Shown here piece by piece: positions 24,604 to 38,697 of a DNA stretch of 64,000 nucleotides. How positions within the stretch are numbered: position 1 is the first letter of the stretch; each line of letters starts with the position of its first letter. Both the position numbers and the translations under genes were made by a program. The DNA lies in NCBI GenBank assembly GCA_950097015.1, contig CATNEN010000038.1, forward strand, positions 28,582,001 to 28,646,000. The letters are read 5' to 3'. The DNA comes from Macrostomum hystrix (Eukaryota; Animalia; Platyhelminthes). Below the pieces are notes generated by a model. It did no database searches and was not told where the DNA came from. It saw nothing but the letters and a program-made list of their open reading frames with translations.

Positions 24604-26214
24604 TCAACTTCTCATTAACGAACTGCCGCCGATACCAACTAGACCTCCTAGTAGCAGATGGTTGGCAGCACCTGATCTAACACTATCCTCGCCCGTATGC
24701 AGCAGACTACGAAGGGTATGGGTTCGCTCTGTGTACAGACTGCGCTGCACCTCGCCATTGATCTGACGCAGACGTAGAAGGTCCAGTCTACTACTCGGTG
24801 TACCAGCTTGAAACGCGACTGTCGGTGGCACAGATGCTGGCGCAGTGAAGGAAGTTTTCACACGTCGGACTGGTCTAGAAAGAGTGAAATCGCTACTGTT
24901 AGTAGATTCTGCAGCGTTGGCAGCTTCGGTAGCGCGACTGCGCACCGATTGAAGGCGCCTGCGACGACTGCTCTGCCTGGTGGGCAGGCTGTCATGTTGC
25001 GGCCAAGCCTCCGACGTTGTTGACGATCTTTTAGTCGCGTCGGTTGCATGCAGATGCTTGTCTGCTTCGGCTAGAGCGACAGTATGCCCTCTGCGCGGCA
25101 TTAATTCCTGCGTTATTTTCATGGTTGAAAAATCAGTAAATAATTATTCTGTTCTTCACTTTGATCGTAAATAGTCTCATAAGAATACTTAAAATAGTGA
25201 TGCATTGAAGAACTGGCTGAGGCAACTGAAGAAATCGGAAATGGAATGGCTGAGGCAACTGAAGAAATCGGAAATGGAATGGCTGAGGCAACTGAAGAAA
25301 TCGGAAATGGAATGGCTGAGGCAGCTGAAGAATTGGAAATTGGAATGGCTGAGGCAACTGAAGAAATGGAAATTGGAATGGCTGAGGCAGCTGAAGTTGT
25401 ATACACACATAGTTGTATGTGTGTATAGTTGTACACACATGTGTAAGAGTATACCTGCGTATGGTAATCTGTGTGCGTGTGTTGAGGATTCAGCGAAATG
25501 GAATGGCTCTTGCTGGAATGGAATGGAATGAAGTGTCATTGCCGGCAGCCATCCGGAAATTCTTTTTTTATCGCTGAGGCAACTGAAGGACGGGGAAGTG
25601 TGAATAGGAAGGCTAACTACCTGATACATCTTTCGCACTCTCGGGTCCAGCCTCGCGGAACCAACGGCGCTGACGCTTGCCTTAGCCAGATGCTCTGAAT
25701 CATTGTTGGCGCTAGGCGGCAACTCCCGATCCTTGCTGTCGACACTCTTAGTCATCAGCGAACAGGCGATGCCTCTTGACAGCGAGTCGACTTCCAGCTC
25801 GCGCACCCTGGCGCTCAGGTCGCGCAGTACTGCGTGCCTTCTACCACCAGACGAAGCCGACGAAGTTACACCGCCGCTTGAGGAGCCATTTACTGGATGA
25901 TGTGGCATCGAATAGCCGAGCACGGCGCGTCGCACAGGAGTTCGAATCCTGAGCTGCCTAGTTCGCCTCCATTGCGTCACGTTGTCTAACAAATGTTCAA
26001 CTTCCAATTCTAATTTGGCATTCTCTCCAGTAGTCTCGCGCGATAAGTGCTGATAGGCAGCTAGACGACCGTGCCGCTGACGATTGCCGTTCGGCTCGCG
26101 ACGAGTCTTCTCTGGCGAAGGCGGCGGCGGAGGTGCCGAATCCGACAGGCCAGCCAGGAAGAGACTCTCCTGGCCCTCGAGCGGCGTCTCACGAGGACGT
26201 TTGCTGCTGCTCAT
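24604..26214 (-). CDS. Uncharacterised Ser/Arg-rich protein, 2 exons (26214-25621, 25107-24604), about 365 aa
   Basis: Two GC-rich ORFs join in phase 0 via CAG|GTAGTT and CGCAG|GAA; no family recognised. Confidence 0.6.
25212..25397. repeat. 33-bp minisatellite in the orphan-gene intron, followed by a decayed SINE A fragment (about 25435-25510)
   Basis: gaatggctgaggcaactgaagaaatcggaaatg tandem. Confidence 0.9.
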
Positions 26215-26679
26215 TGAATCTTACGTAACGATTACTGAGTCTACTATAATACTTGTATACGAGCGATAAATGTAGTCTAGAGACGCAGCTTTTTCAGTTT
26301 TATTTCTTAAAATGCTTTTGCACCTCTCCAATTATCTTTCCGTTGAAAGCAAGGTTGCTATTATAACCCCCATAGTGAGTACGTATATATTACTCGGAAG
26401 AAGAGCTATTTCGTATAGAATTCGGGCCTGTCATTCTCTCCTAACCCTCACCTCTCACCTTGACTACTGTACACGAGATTTTCTACAAGCAATATAGCAA
26501 TTGTTGCAATTGAAGCTACAAAAATTGTAGTTTTTGCCTGGCCCGATTATACTCAAAGACTTAGATAGTTATGATTAAAATGAGCAGTCTATTGTTGTCC
26601 ATTTAGCTACTGCGTTCCCTATAGCTGAAGTTGACATAAAATCTTGTTTATACTACTAAAAGTGTTATGTAGTAGTATG

Positions 26680-26967
26680 TACTGCTCAAGAACTGAAGGA
26701 ACAGGACTAGAATACTTCTCAAGAACTGAAGGAACAGGACTAGAATACTGCTCAAGAACTGAAGGAACAGGACTAGAATACTGCTCAAGAACTGAAGGAA
26801 CAGGACTAGAATACTGCTCAAGAACTGAAGGAACAGGACTAGAATACTGCTCAAGAACTGAAGGAACAGGACTAGAATACTGCTCAAGAACTGAAGGAAC
26901 AGGACTAGAATACTGCTCAAGAACTGAAGGAACAGGACTAGAATACTGCTCAAGAACTGAAGGAACA
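26680..26967. repeat. 33-bp minisatellite, about 9 copies
   Basis: actgctcaagaactgaaggaacaggactagaat tandem. Confidence 0.95.
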
Positions 26968-27800
26968 GCGTAGAAAGACTAAGAAAAAAGGAAACAACAG
27001 CAAAAAAACAAAGAAAAAAAACTTTATAAGCAAAAAAAACGAAATTTGAAACCACGTTAATTTTTTTGTCAAGAATTTATTCGGTTGCAAGAGTGATGAC
27101 GCGTTAAAACAGATAATATAATTATCTTGAGATTAGTTTAATGCTTGAGCACTAATTGTGTTCTTTTGCGTTACATAAGTTAAGCTTCTTTCGAAAAAAA
27201 AGTGCTTTTAAACTAATACATTTCGTAGCTGTGCATTAGTTTATTGAAAAAGGCACGATGGCCGATAAAAAAAACAAAGGAAAGAAAATAAATTGAACAA
27301 AGAAAATGTGCTTGTAAAACTCTAAAGAACCCTAAGATAAAAACGAGGGTTTGACTAGACGGAAATAAGCACGCAGTTTCATTTAAACTCTCAAGCGACA
27401 ATAAGATATGTACAATAAGATTCATATTAAAAAAAGAAAAAAGGAAAGGGTTATTCTTCGATATCAACAAAGTTAGAATAGACTCTACTTGTTTTTTTAA
27501 TCATTAACTTAAACGATTTAAAAAAACGGAATAACGAAAAGCGTGACTTATAAAGAACTCGCTAAAAGTGATAGTAAATAGCGTTACATTTATTAATAAT
27601 TAGAATTCTAGTAAAAATAAATCAGAGTTAATAAACAGCGGTCATCAAATGAACTTAAACGAGACAAAATCGTTACTTTTTTGCTTACTCAAAGAAAAAC
27701 ACTAGCAGATGATTTATTAATAAGTTATTAAAATTGCGTTACATATTTTAACGTTAATTGAAAACAACGCCGGCTCGAGTGTTGCTAACAAGTTAACGAA

Positions 27801-30800
27801 TCAGACAGTTAATGACAGTTGCGGTAGCGGCTGCTGCTGCTGCTGCCGATGTATCATCTGTTGTTCAATTTTGACTCGTTTGCGCGCAGCTTCCAAATCA
27901 GTCTCAGCAGCCGATTGTATTAGAAATGTTCTATTAAACGATCGCCACCTTCGGCATAGGCTAACATAGGTGCGACATTGGACATACATGAATACAATGC
28001 CGCCAGTAAATCCAATCGCAACCACAACTAGCTTGGTCCAGAATGACCATTCCAACTTGCCTGATCCCACCTCCATGGCGGTCTTCTCAATTAGAACGTA
28101 CAGAGACCACACGACACAGGTGAGGGCGATCACATGGAAGGCGACGCTGCAGATTATTTTCCTGCGTTCCATGGCCGACATGTCCAACTTGCGCCACTGC
28201 GGAATTAACGGGATGGAGCTGAATAATGGGTGGGCTGCCTGATGGAGCTGAGGAATGGGTGGGCTGCCTGATGGAGCTGAGGAATGGGTGGGCTGCCTGA
28301 TGGAGCTGAGGAATGGGTGGGCTGCCTGATGGAGCTGAGGAATGGGTGGGCTGCCTGATGGAGCTGAGGAATGGGTGGGCTGCCTGATGGAGCTGAGGAA
28401 TGGGTGGGCTGCCTGATGGAGCTGAGGAATGGGTGGGCTGCCTGATGGAGCTGAGGAATGGTTGGGCTGCCTGATGGATCTGAGGAATGGGTGGGCTGCC
28501 TGATGGAGCTGAGAAATGGGTGGGCTGCCTGATGGAGCTGAGAAATGGGTGGGCTGCCTGATGGAGCTGAGAAATGGGTGGGCTGCCTGATGGAGCTGAG
28601 GAATGAGCTGCCTGATGGAGCTGAGGAATGGGAGGACTGCCTGATGGAGCTGAGGAATGGAAGGACTGCCTGATGGAGCTGAGGAATGGGCTGCCTGATG
28701 GAGCTGAGGAATGGGCTGCCTGATGGAGCTGAGGAATGGGAGGACTGCCTGATGGAGCTGAGGAATGGGCTGCCTGATGGAGCTGAGGAATGGGAGGACT
28801 GCCTGATGGAGCTGAGGAATGGGCTGCCTGATGGAGCTGAGGAATGGGCTGCCTGATGGAGCTGAGGAATGGGCTGCCTGATGGAGCTGAGGAATGGGTG
28901 GGCTGCCTGATGGAGCTGAGGAATAGGCTGCCTGATGGAGCTGAGGAATGGGCTGCCTGATGGAGCTGAGGAATGAGCTGCCTGATGGAGCTGAGGAATG
29001 GGCTGCCTGATGGAGCTGAGGAATGGGCTGCCTGATGGAGCTGAGGAATGCATTGTTATCATAAACATATTGCAAACTGTACGAACTCTAAAATCGGAAA
29101 ATAAATCGAACTAAAAGGAATTTATCGAAATTTCATCACCTAGTGTCAAATTTGACCATCGATAGCTAGAAAGCGACATTTCTATCCAAGCGTTGAGACA
29201 TCGTCATCGATTAATTGATTGATTAGTTACAGGGCAATGTCACAAGAAGCTAAGAAACTGAATCAAAGGGCAGCAAGAGGAGGATCAAATAGCCGTTAAT
29301 TATAACCTGTGTAGGAAAACGCTAATAGCAAGGCCGAAAGAAAGGTACAGACACTAGCCTGAAGATTGATGAAAATAAGAATATAACCTGAAGACAAAGA
29401 TGTGTGAGTAGACATGAAGATGCAGCGGATGAGGTGGGAGAGGACCTGGAGATGCAGCGGATGAGGTGGGAGAGGACCTGAAGATGCAGCGGATGAGGTG
29501 GGAGAAGACCTGGAGATGCAGCGGATGAGGTGGGAGAGGACCTGGAGATGCAGCGGATGAGGTGGGAGAGGACCTGAAGATTCAGCTGATGAGGTGGGAG
29601 AGGACCTGAAGATTCAGCTGATGAGGTGGGAGAGGACCTGAAGATGCAGCGGATGAGGTGGGAGAAGACCTGGAGATGCAGCGGATGAGGTGGGAGAGGA
29701 CCTGAAGATGCAGTGGATGAGGTGGGAGAAGACCTGGAGATGCAGCGGATGAGGTGGGAGAGGACCTGGAGATGCAGTGGATGAGGTGGGAGAGGACCTG
29801 GAGATGCAGCGGATGAGGTGGGAGAAGACCTGAAGATGCAGTGGATGAGGTGGGAGAGGACCTGGAGATGCAGCGGATGAGGTGGGAGAGGACCTGAAGA
29901 TTCAGCTGATGAGGTGGGAGAGGACCTGAAGATTCAGCTGATGAGGTGGGAGAGGACCTGAAGATGCAGCGGATGAGGTGGGAGAAGACCTGGAGATGCA
30001 GCGGATGAGGTGGGAGAGGACCTGGAGATGCAGCGGATGAGGTGGGAGAAGACCTGGAGATGCAGCGGATGAGGTGGGAGAGGACCTGGAGATGCAGTGG
30101 ATGAGGTGGGAGAGGACCTGGAGATGCAGCGGATGAGGTGGGAGAAGACCTGGAGATGCAGCGGATGAGGTGGGAGAGGACCTGGAGATGCAGTGGATGA
30201 GGTGGGAGAGGACCTGGAGATGCAGCGGATGAGGTGGGAGAGGACCTGGAGATTCAGCTGATGAGGTGGGAGAGGAGAGGACCTGAAGATGCAGCGGATG
30301 AGGTGGGAGAGGAGAGGACCTGAAGATGCAGCGGATGAGGTGGGAGAGGACCTGAAGATGCAGCGGATGAGGTGGGAGAGGACCTGAAGATGCAGCGGAT
30401 GAGGTGGGAGAGGACCTGAAGATGCAGCGGATGAGGTGCGGGAGAGGACCTGAAGATGCAGCGGATGAGGTGGGAGAGGAGACATTTGAAGAACTCTGTC
30501 TGAAGCTCCGATGGAGGAATATAACAGCTATATTTTTATTCAAAAGAGTTTTACGCAGTGAGAATACAGATAACTGGAACAAACCAGTTGGACTCTTAGG
30601 AAATTCGCACAAAGTTAGTTGCAGTAGAGAAAGTACAAAATGAGAGGCACACAAGCACAAGCAAACAAGCTTACTAATTGTCCAGTTAAAACCCATCCCA
30701 GCTTAGCATGTGGCAAGCTAGCTAGCTATAGAAACTGTTAATTGCAACAAAATGTGCTCGCTAAGCTGACCACGCCCTGTGACGCTCATTAAGTCAAAGT

Positions 30801-32670
30801 TGAACAGCAATTCTCGGTTCATTGCTCTTAATAGGCCCAGCGATGACGCAAATGTTAGATATTAATAACTGGGCGCTGACATTATGAATTTTATGTAAAT
30901 CCGAAAATGCGATCGAAAATTCCATTAAGTTTCATAGTTTCTACCCGATCCCAAAAGCTTGCCAAATCCCACCAACCCGATCCCAAAAGCTTGCCAAATC
31001 CCACCAACCCGATCCCAAAAGCTTGCCAAATCCCACCAACCCGATCCCAAAAGCTTGCCAAATCCCACCAACCCGATCCCAAAAGCTTGCCAAATCCCAC
31101 CAAACCGATCCCAAAAGCTTGCCAAATCCCACCAACCCGATCCCAAAAGCTTGCCAAATCCCACCAACCCGATCCCAAAAGCTTGCCAAATCCCACCAAC
31201 CCGATCCCAAAAGCTTTCAAATCCCACCAACCCGATCCCAAAAGCTTGCCAAATCCCACCAACCCGATCCCAAAAGCTTGCCAAATCCCACCAAACCGAT
31301 CCCAAAAGCTTGCCAAATCCCACCAACCCGATCCCAAAAGCTTGCCAAATCCCACCAACCCGATCCCAAAAGCTTTCAAATCCCACCAACCCGATCCCAA
31401 AAGCTTGCCAAATCCCACCAACCCGATCCCAAAAGCTTGCCAAATCCAACCAACCCGATCCCAAAGCTTGAAAAATTCCACCTAACCGATCCCAAAAGCT
31501 TGCAAAATCCCACCAACCCGATCCCAAAAGCTTGCCAAATCCCACCAACTCCATCCCAAAAGCTTGCAAAATCCCACCTACCCGATCCCAAAAGCTTGCC
31601 AAATCCCACCTACCCGATCCCAAAAGCTTGCAAAATCCCACCAACCCGATCCCAAAAGCTTACCAAATCCCACCAACCCGATCCCAAAAGCTTGCAAATC
31701 CCACCTACCCGATCCCAAAATCTTGCCAAATCCCACCAACCCGATCCCAAAAGCTTGCCAAATCCCACCTACCCGATCTCAAAAGCTTCAGAATTACATC
31801 TAAACAATTGAAACTACTTTCCAGTTTACATAATACTGCATGCTAACCCTATCTGCTCAATGCCCAAAGCTTCATAAATAAAATATACTGAACTGATTCT
31901 AAAAAAACTTTCAAAACTCAGATCTGCAATCATATCAATTCAATCTACAATTACTATCTATCGGAAAGCCATCTCAAAACACAGAATTAACTCACCTCTC
32001 TCATTGGTTTAGTACTGACGCTCATAACGAAAGTGAAGTGGCACAATTCGCAGACTTCAATATCCTGCGACTTCACCCAGTATTGCAGGCAATCTCTGTG
32101 AACATATTTCAAACTGCCAGAGCAAAGGCAGGGAGATATTAACGGATTGCTAGTTAGTTGATTGCAATTATTGGCTTCAGTAGAATTTAGGTCCCTAGCA
32201 ACTATCGTTTCAGTCTCAGATGAATGACAGATGCGACAGATTAGTTCGCCATCTGGCGCAACAGTGGGATCAGCGGCTGATGGCGCTGATTCAATTGAAC
32301 CGGCGCAAAGTGCGGACGGTGATAAAATGACGCAAACATCGTCTTGAATATGCCGAGGCACTCCGCCGGCTATAGTGGCATCTAAATCGCTAGTGCTAGT
32401 AGCAGCCTGCTGACTGCTAGGCATAATAGTAGATGTAGCTCGCTCCTCCGTGCCTACAGCTGCGGCGATGGTCAAGATAGTCGACGAACTATTTTCAAAT
32501 TGCGGTTGACCTAGCTGCTGATGATAACTATGCCTTCGCCAAGAGTTGCTCAAATCCTCACTACTGGTGACTAAATCGTTGGATTCATTTTGATTAGAAC
32601 TTGGCAATTGATACTTATCTGACAGAGATTTGCTGCTAAGCACAGTTCTCAATGCTGATTTGCTTTCCAT
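27801..32670 (-). CDS. MARCHF8: MARCH1/8-like membrane RING-CH E3 ubiquitin ligase; exons 32670-31996 and 28196-27801
   Basis: RINGv CRICH...[19 protein letters not shown]...CELC; after GAG|GTGAGT..CAG|TGG come two TM segments ([21 protein letters not shown]; [25 protein letters not shown]) matching MARCH8/1. Confidence 0.9.
28212..29050. repeat. 25/29-bp minisatellite (gggctgcctgatggagctgaggaat) abutting the MARCH 3' splice site
   Basis: About 30 tandem units. Confidence 0.95.
29416..30481. repeat. 32-bp minisatellite (gaagatgcagcggatgaggtgggagaggacct) in MARCH intron
   Basis: About 33 units. Confidence 0.95.
30943..31790. repeat. 32-bp minisatellite (cccgatcccaaaagcttgccaaatcccaccaa) in MARCH intron
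   Basis: About 26 units. Confidence 0.95.
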
Positions 32671-33039
32671 GCTGTTTTTTCTACTCTTGACAATTAGTTA
32701 TGTACAGTATATGCCTTCATTAGAATTGTCCTTTACTCCAGTCAGTTTGCTGGTTTGGTTAATGTGTGATGATGTAGTGCTAGAAATGGGGAAATTGTGG
32801 GTTATCTGGTTTAAATTGTACCACAAAATGAATATATATATATGCCTATACTAGTATATTAAAGCTTTACATTGACTATTTAATCTAAAATTTTGTGAAT
32901 TCCTAAAGAGCTAGTTTTGTCCAAAGAAATACTTCGATAAAAACCTAGTTTAACTTCAAAACTTATTTAAATTAAAACTGATTAAGAATAAATTAAAAAT
33001 AAATAAATAAAAATTAAATACTGCATAGGTATATAGTCA

Positions 33040-33245
33040 CATAGGGGTCTGTATATCTACCCTGACTTTCTCATTGTCAGGCAGTATAGATTTCACTGTG
33101 CCATGGAGGTTGGCCCTTAAGGCCAATAAGCCCCAAGCCTTCATTCCATGACTGCACCCCAAATGAATGTGGCCTTGCTGCATAATTGAGTCTAGGGACA
33201 TTGATATGAGAGGCAAATGCAATAATGGCTCTATAGCTGACCACC
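33040..33245 (-). mobile_element. Decayed SINE family A copy
   Basis: cctgactttctcattgtcaggcag...cactgtgccatggaggttggccc...gaatgtggcctt. Confidence 0.7.
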
Positions 33246-34710
33246 AGCTACTTAGGCATAATGAAATTGTTATCATATAAGGTCATTTTAGGTATTTCAT
33301 ATAATTTCGTACCTCATTTTCTATGTTTAAATATTAACAAAAAATAATTATAAATAGGCCTAGTGCAAGTACAATACAACAATAGCTACACTCCTACTAT
33401 CAAGCACAAATAAAGTAGAAGGATTCAGGATAGTTAGGGCAAAAAAGTTAAAGGCTTATTTTTGTTGCCAAAATGTAATTAGGAGGACAAGAGCTAGCTA
33501 GCTCCTAGTTCTATTTTTCTTACCAAAATTTATCTGTCATATGTACGCGCCCGGCGCCCGATGAGATTCAGTGTTTGTATTTTTATGTCATGTGTGGGAG
33601 GTACTTTATTTGTTTGTTCAGATATCTTTGTAAAATGTTTTTAGCAGATTTCATTTCTTCTGACAAATGTATCTGACAATGTAGCCTTTGTATACAGTAT
33701 ATACTGTAGCTATATAGCACAAAAAACTACGTTGGATGTCAATGTCACGTTCACGAACAGAACATGGATTCTAGTTTAAATTATTTTAGGAAAATAAATA
33801 GGGGTTAACAATATGTAATGTAATGTTACTAACTAAAAAGCTACTGGCCCTGATCATGGCTTTTTTGAAATGGATCTAAATTCTACAAAGTTAGGCCATA
33901 GAGAAGAAACTGTATAGGAAGCCATGGAAATTATAATTTACAGTAGCTTACATTTCTACGAAAATCTGGAAATCAGTTACGGTTAAATTTTCTCACGCTG
34001 TTTAACACAAATACTTCGCTTTCACGAAAGATATGTAAAAAATTATCAAACAAGGGTAAAAATTAAAATGCTAAAAACAGGAAAATAATTAAGGCAGAAG
34101 TGTTTGCGTACTTTACTATTTGTTTGATTTGGCGTGAAAATAGAAATTTTCTAAGAATAAGCAATAAAACACTAAACAATTAAACCCTTACAATATTTCT
34201 CTCGATAATTATGAGACTTGTGGGTCATTTCCAAAAACTTGCTTCCATTTTAATGTATAAGCTAATACCGGTATTATTATACAGCTAAATTTATCTATTG
34301 GTGATCTTTGAAACACTAAGATCAGTATGTGAAGCTATATGAACAACATGTTTATAAAATATTTTAATGTAAAAAATAATGGCAGAATTGCAATTGAGAA
34401 GTTTATGTACAAATGGAAAATAAGTGCTTTGTTTGCAGAAAAAATGACAAAAAATGTACTTTTCGAGAAATAAAAATTAGAACAATCTCTACAGTAATCA
34501 ATTTATTGACATGTTATTGTATTGCTATTTGTAAGATTGATAGAATTTGAAACTTATGTTTAAAATCACATTTCTTTGTCTTTCTGATATCAAAATGTTT
34601 GTTTTAAATTATTTGAACAGTTGTTACATTTGTTATAATGCATTTTGTAAGATGAACGCATTTATGACGAAATTCAACAGATCTATTTGCATTTTTACTA
34701 GCTTGCTTAA

Positions 34711-35208
<498 letters not shown>

Positions 35209-35334
35209 CTTTCTGGTCTTTTACATGCATGTGCATCAACACCTGAATTAATTGGTTGTCGGTAATCTTTCTCGCTGACCCTAATCGATCTGACCTCCAG
35301 TCTTCTACCAGTCGCACTTTGGCCTCTATCCAAT

Positions 35335-35860
35335 CTTCATCAAATCTCCATGCAATCGCCATCCAATCCCCATCCAATCCCCAACCAATTTCCATCCAAT
35401 CTCCTTCAACTTTCCATCCAATCTCCATCCAATCCCCATCCAATCTCCATCCAATCCCGATCCAATCTCCATCCAATCCCAATCCAATCCCCATCCAATC
35501 CCCATCCAATCTCCATCCAGTTTCCATCCAATCTCCATCTAATCCCATCCAATTTCCATCCAATTTCCATCCAATCCCCATCCAATCCCCAACCAATTTC
35601 CATCCAATCTCCTTCAACTTTCCATCCAATCTCCATCCAATCCCCATCCAATCTCCATCCAATCCCGATCCAATCTCCATCCAATCCCCATCCAATCTCC
35701 ATCCAATCCCGATCCAATCTCCATCCAATCCCAATCCAATCCCTATCCAATCCCCATCCAATCCCCATCCAATCCCCATCCAATCTCCATCCAATCTCCA
35801 TCCAGTTTCCATCCAATTTCCATCCAATCCCCATCCAATCCCGTCCAATCCCCATCCAGT
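35335..35860. repeat. About 11-bp C-rich minisatellite (ccatccaatct/c)
   Basis: Tandem units visible. Confidence 0.92.
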
Positions 35861-36328
35861 CTCCAGAGAAAATAATTTTCCCTTTTTGTTATACTATCTC
35901 GGTGCCTTTACTATTGCATGTTTTTAACGTAATACCTTTTAAATAAAGTAAATGAAAAATCGCGATAAATTTTCTCTTCCTGGCTTTTAAATTTTAACTG
36001 AAAAATAAAATCTTGACGACAAGAAAAATTGCTAAAAAATGTAATTTTCTCTGGCTGAGGAGTAACGAATAACGTACGAGTATGTAACATGAAAAAAGCT
36101 TAAATTTCTTTTTCTCAGATACTAAGCCAAGTAATTAATTCCGAAATCTACTTTAAAAAATGAAATAGTATTTTCTTGTTAAAACTAACTTTTTACGTGT
36201 AATTTTCTTAGTACATTAGTACCATTTGTCCAAAGAAAATATTTTTTTTCCAAATCAAGTAGTTCTTGTCATTAAAATTCTTGGTTAGTTTTGATTGGGC
36301 GACTTCGAATTAGGCGCCATATGCAGAG

Positions 36329-38631
36329 TCAGCAGGTCGATCCTAGTTTAAGCAGTCGAACGCTGACCAGACCGTGGTCTCCGTCGACGCCACCGCCCGA
36401 CAGTCCGGAGCAGCCGACGCCGCTTTCGATGGCGCATTCTGAGCCGCCGCCGCCGCCCCCGATGTGGTCCCAGTAGCCGGCGCCTCCGCCGCTGAAGCCG
36501 CCGCCGCCGCCGCTGCCTCCGCCGGCTGCGGCACCTCCGCCACCGCCGCCGAATCCGCCGACTGCGCCGGAGTTGAGCTCGCCGGCCAGGCCGCCGAGAA
36601 AGCCGCCAGTTGGTCCTGAGCCCCAGCCGCCGCAGCTGGTGTTTCGGCGCGAATATTCACCAACAATCGAAATCCATCCAGCTCCAGGGCCTCCGTGGTT
36701 GAGCTTCGAGGCGCTGGCTGTCGCAATCTGACCGCTGGCTCCGTTCAGTCCGCCTGGTCCCGTATAATTGGCGTACTCAGAGCTGGACTGGATCGAGGCT
36801 AGCCCGTTGCGGCTTTGAGTACCCACCCGGCCTGCGTGTGGGTTTTAGGCGGCAACAACTATGGCTATTTTGTGACAATTTTGTCGGTCGGTGAAAGTCA
36901 CATGTGTCCCCCGGGCTCTACGTGAAGGTGTTGTCTGCCACTGGTCGAAGCATTCTTCAACGATAGGGGGTTGAGTGGCAGAGCCATTAATGCGTTTGCC
37001 TCTCGTCATTTATTTTGGGCGCAGCCGCGGAGAGAAGGCTTGGGGGTTTTTCGTTCAATTTCTGACCATGAGGGCCAGCATCTGAGGCACAATGAGAGTG
37101 TACACTGCCTGACGATGAGAATGTCGGGGCAGATGTACACACCTGTGTGAGTGTGTGCTTGTGCTCGCTGGCTGCTTGTACTATTATGGAAAATCATGTA
37201 GATGAACTGGTGGTTGTAGCCAAGTGATTAGAGCGTCGGACTCAGAGCTTGAAGGTCGGTGGTTCGACTCCCGACTCCACTGGAACAATCTGTGTGCTTT
37301 AGAAAGATACCAAATGGGTATCAGCATCGGCTGGGGCAATTGAGGGTGGGTGTAACGTCCCTCTCCCCAGTCCATGGACTGAACAGCCTTTTAGAGGCTG
37401 GTGTAACACATCACTGGTCGTTGAATAAAAAATAATAACAAATGCAGGAGGGCTGCGGGCAATGGCACACCATTTGGTGACACTAGACCCGCAGCCAGCG
37501 AGGAGGCAATTCTGCCCATTTCGCTGACTCCTGAAAACACTCAAACAGGTTTGTACATCTGCCCTGACTTTCTCATCGTCAGGCAGTGTACACTCTCACT
37601 GTGCCTTGGAGGTTGGCCCTAAATAACGTAAATTGCCCGAAAAGCATTCAAACCTTCTCTCCGCGGCTGCGCCTCAAACGAATGTGGTCTCGCCGCGGAA
37701 TCGAGCTCAGGGACCTTGGTGCGAGAGGCAAACGCTTTAACCACTCTGGCACTGGCCCCCATATCATTGACAATTTCTTCGACCTACCTTGGACACCCCT
37801 GGAGCCGCCGCCGCCGCCGCCAGCAGCCAGGTAGAGCAGCTGATCGTCAGCTCTGAAAACAAACGAGCCGCCGCCGCCGCCACTCCCGGCGAACACATTC
37901 TGCTGACTGGCGTTGCCGCCCATCTGGCCGACTACGATGGACAGTCTGGTACCGGATGTCAAGTTGAACTGTCCGGCCATGAGAGCTCCGGCACCGCCGC
38001 GCCAGTTGCCGAAGTTGTCGGCATAATTGGTGCCGCCTGAGGCTCCTGAGGCTTCGATACGGTAGCAGCCGGTGACATTGATGACGGACGACTGGACTGT
38101 GCCATTACGACCGGTGCTCGAGTCTTCAGCAAAGTGTTCGATTCATTAAATTGCAGCATAGTGTCTCTCTGCTGTATATAGCAAGTTTTATAAATGTGTC
38201 TAAGAGGTTTCATTAGTGTCTAACACATTCCATCAGTTGTCTAACACTTTTCAACACCCCCATGGTAAACTTTTGAAACTCACTCCTGAAGACAATGCCA
38301 TCAGCAGCGGTCAGCAGCAGGTCGTGCAGCTCCGCAGTCAGCCAGGCAGTTTCTCCGTCAATTAGTCCGCTAATATTAGCCGCAGATGTGGCGTTGAAGT
38401 CAATCGAATACAGACGACAATAGTTGGACATTGTGCTGAAGATGGTCATTGTGCAGCCGGCCAGTTGGCTGCAGGCTAGAAGGCAGTCAGCGCCACAGCG
38501 GCTGAGCTCATTTCCAACCAGTCGCACTACTGGACGCACCATTTCCAGCGAAGCCGACGACAGCGCCTTGTAGAAATGGCGGCCAGATACAGAGGCCAAT
38601 GCACCGATTGCAGTGGCAAGCAGAACAGCAC
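36329..38631 (-). CDS. Probable secreted protein: PAN/apple-like Cys module + ALK/LTK-type glycine-rich domain; exons 38631-38284, 38123-37788, 36831-36329; start exon not located
   Basis: Hydrophobic N-terminal stretch; C..C...C.....C...YCRLY pattern; GCYRIEASGASGG, GQFNLTSGTRLSIVVGQMGG, GSGGGGGSFV, YLAAGGGGG, GGFGGGGGG and GGGGGFSGGG are hallmarks of the ALK/LTK Gly-rich domain. Exons join in phase 1. Confidence 0.7.
36966..37175 (+). mobile_element. SINE family A, partial
   Basis: gggggttgagtggcagagc...gcagccgcggagagaaggcttgggg...gcagatgtacacacctgtgtgag. Confidence 0.8.
37210..37400 (+). mobile_element. SINE family B (tRNA head), CORE region partly deleted
   Basis: ggttgtagccaagtgattagagcgtcggactc...ggttcgactcccgactccactggaaca; homologous to 44116-44330. 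Confidence 0.78.
37428..37760 (-). mobile_element. SINE family A, near full length
   Basis: Reverse complement of family A including tail and tRNA-like head. Confidence 0.85.
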
Positions 38632-38697
38632 CTGGGTTTGCGTGTGGGTGGCCTATAGAACTAATTGTTAGACCACTAGGAAAACTGGGGTTAGGTC

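Noticed and set aside
28205-31846. Repetitive ORFs in the MARCH intron and similar ones at 3.2k, 15.8-16.8k, 35.2-35.9k and 59.7-61.1k
   Set aside because: Minisatellite translations in several frames at once, inside introns or spacers.
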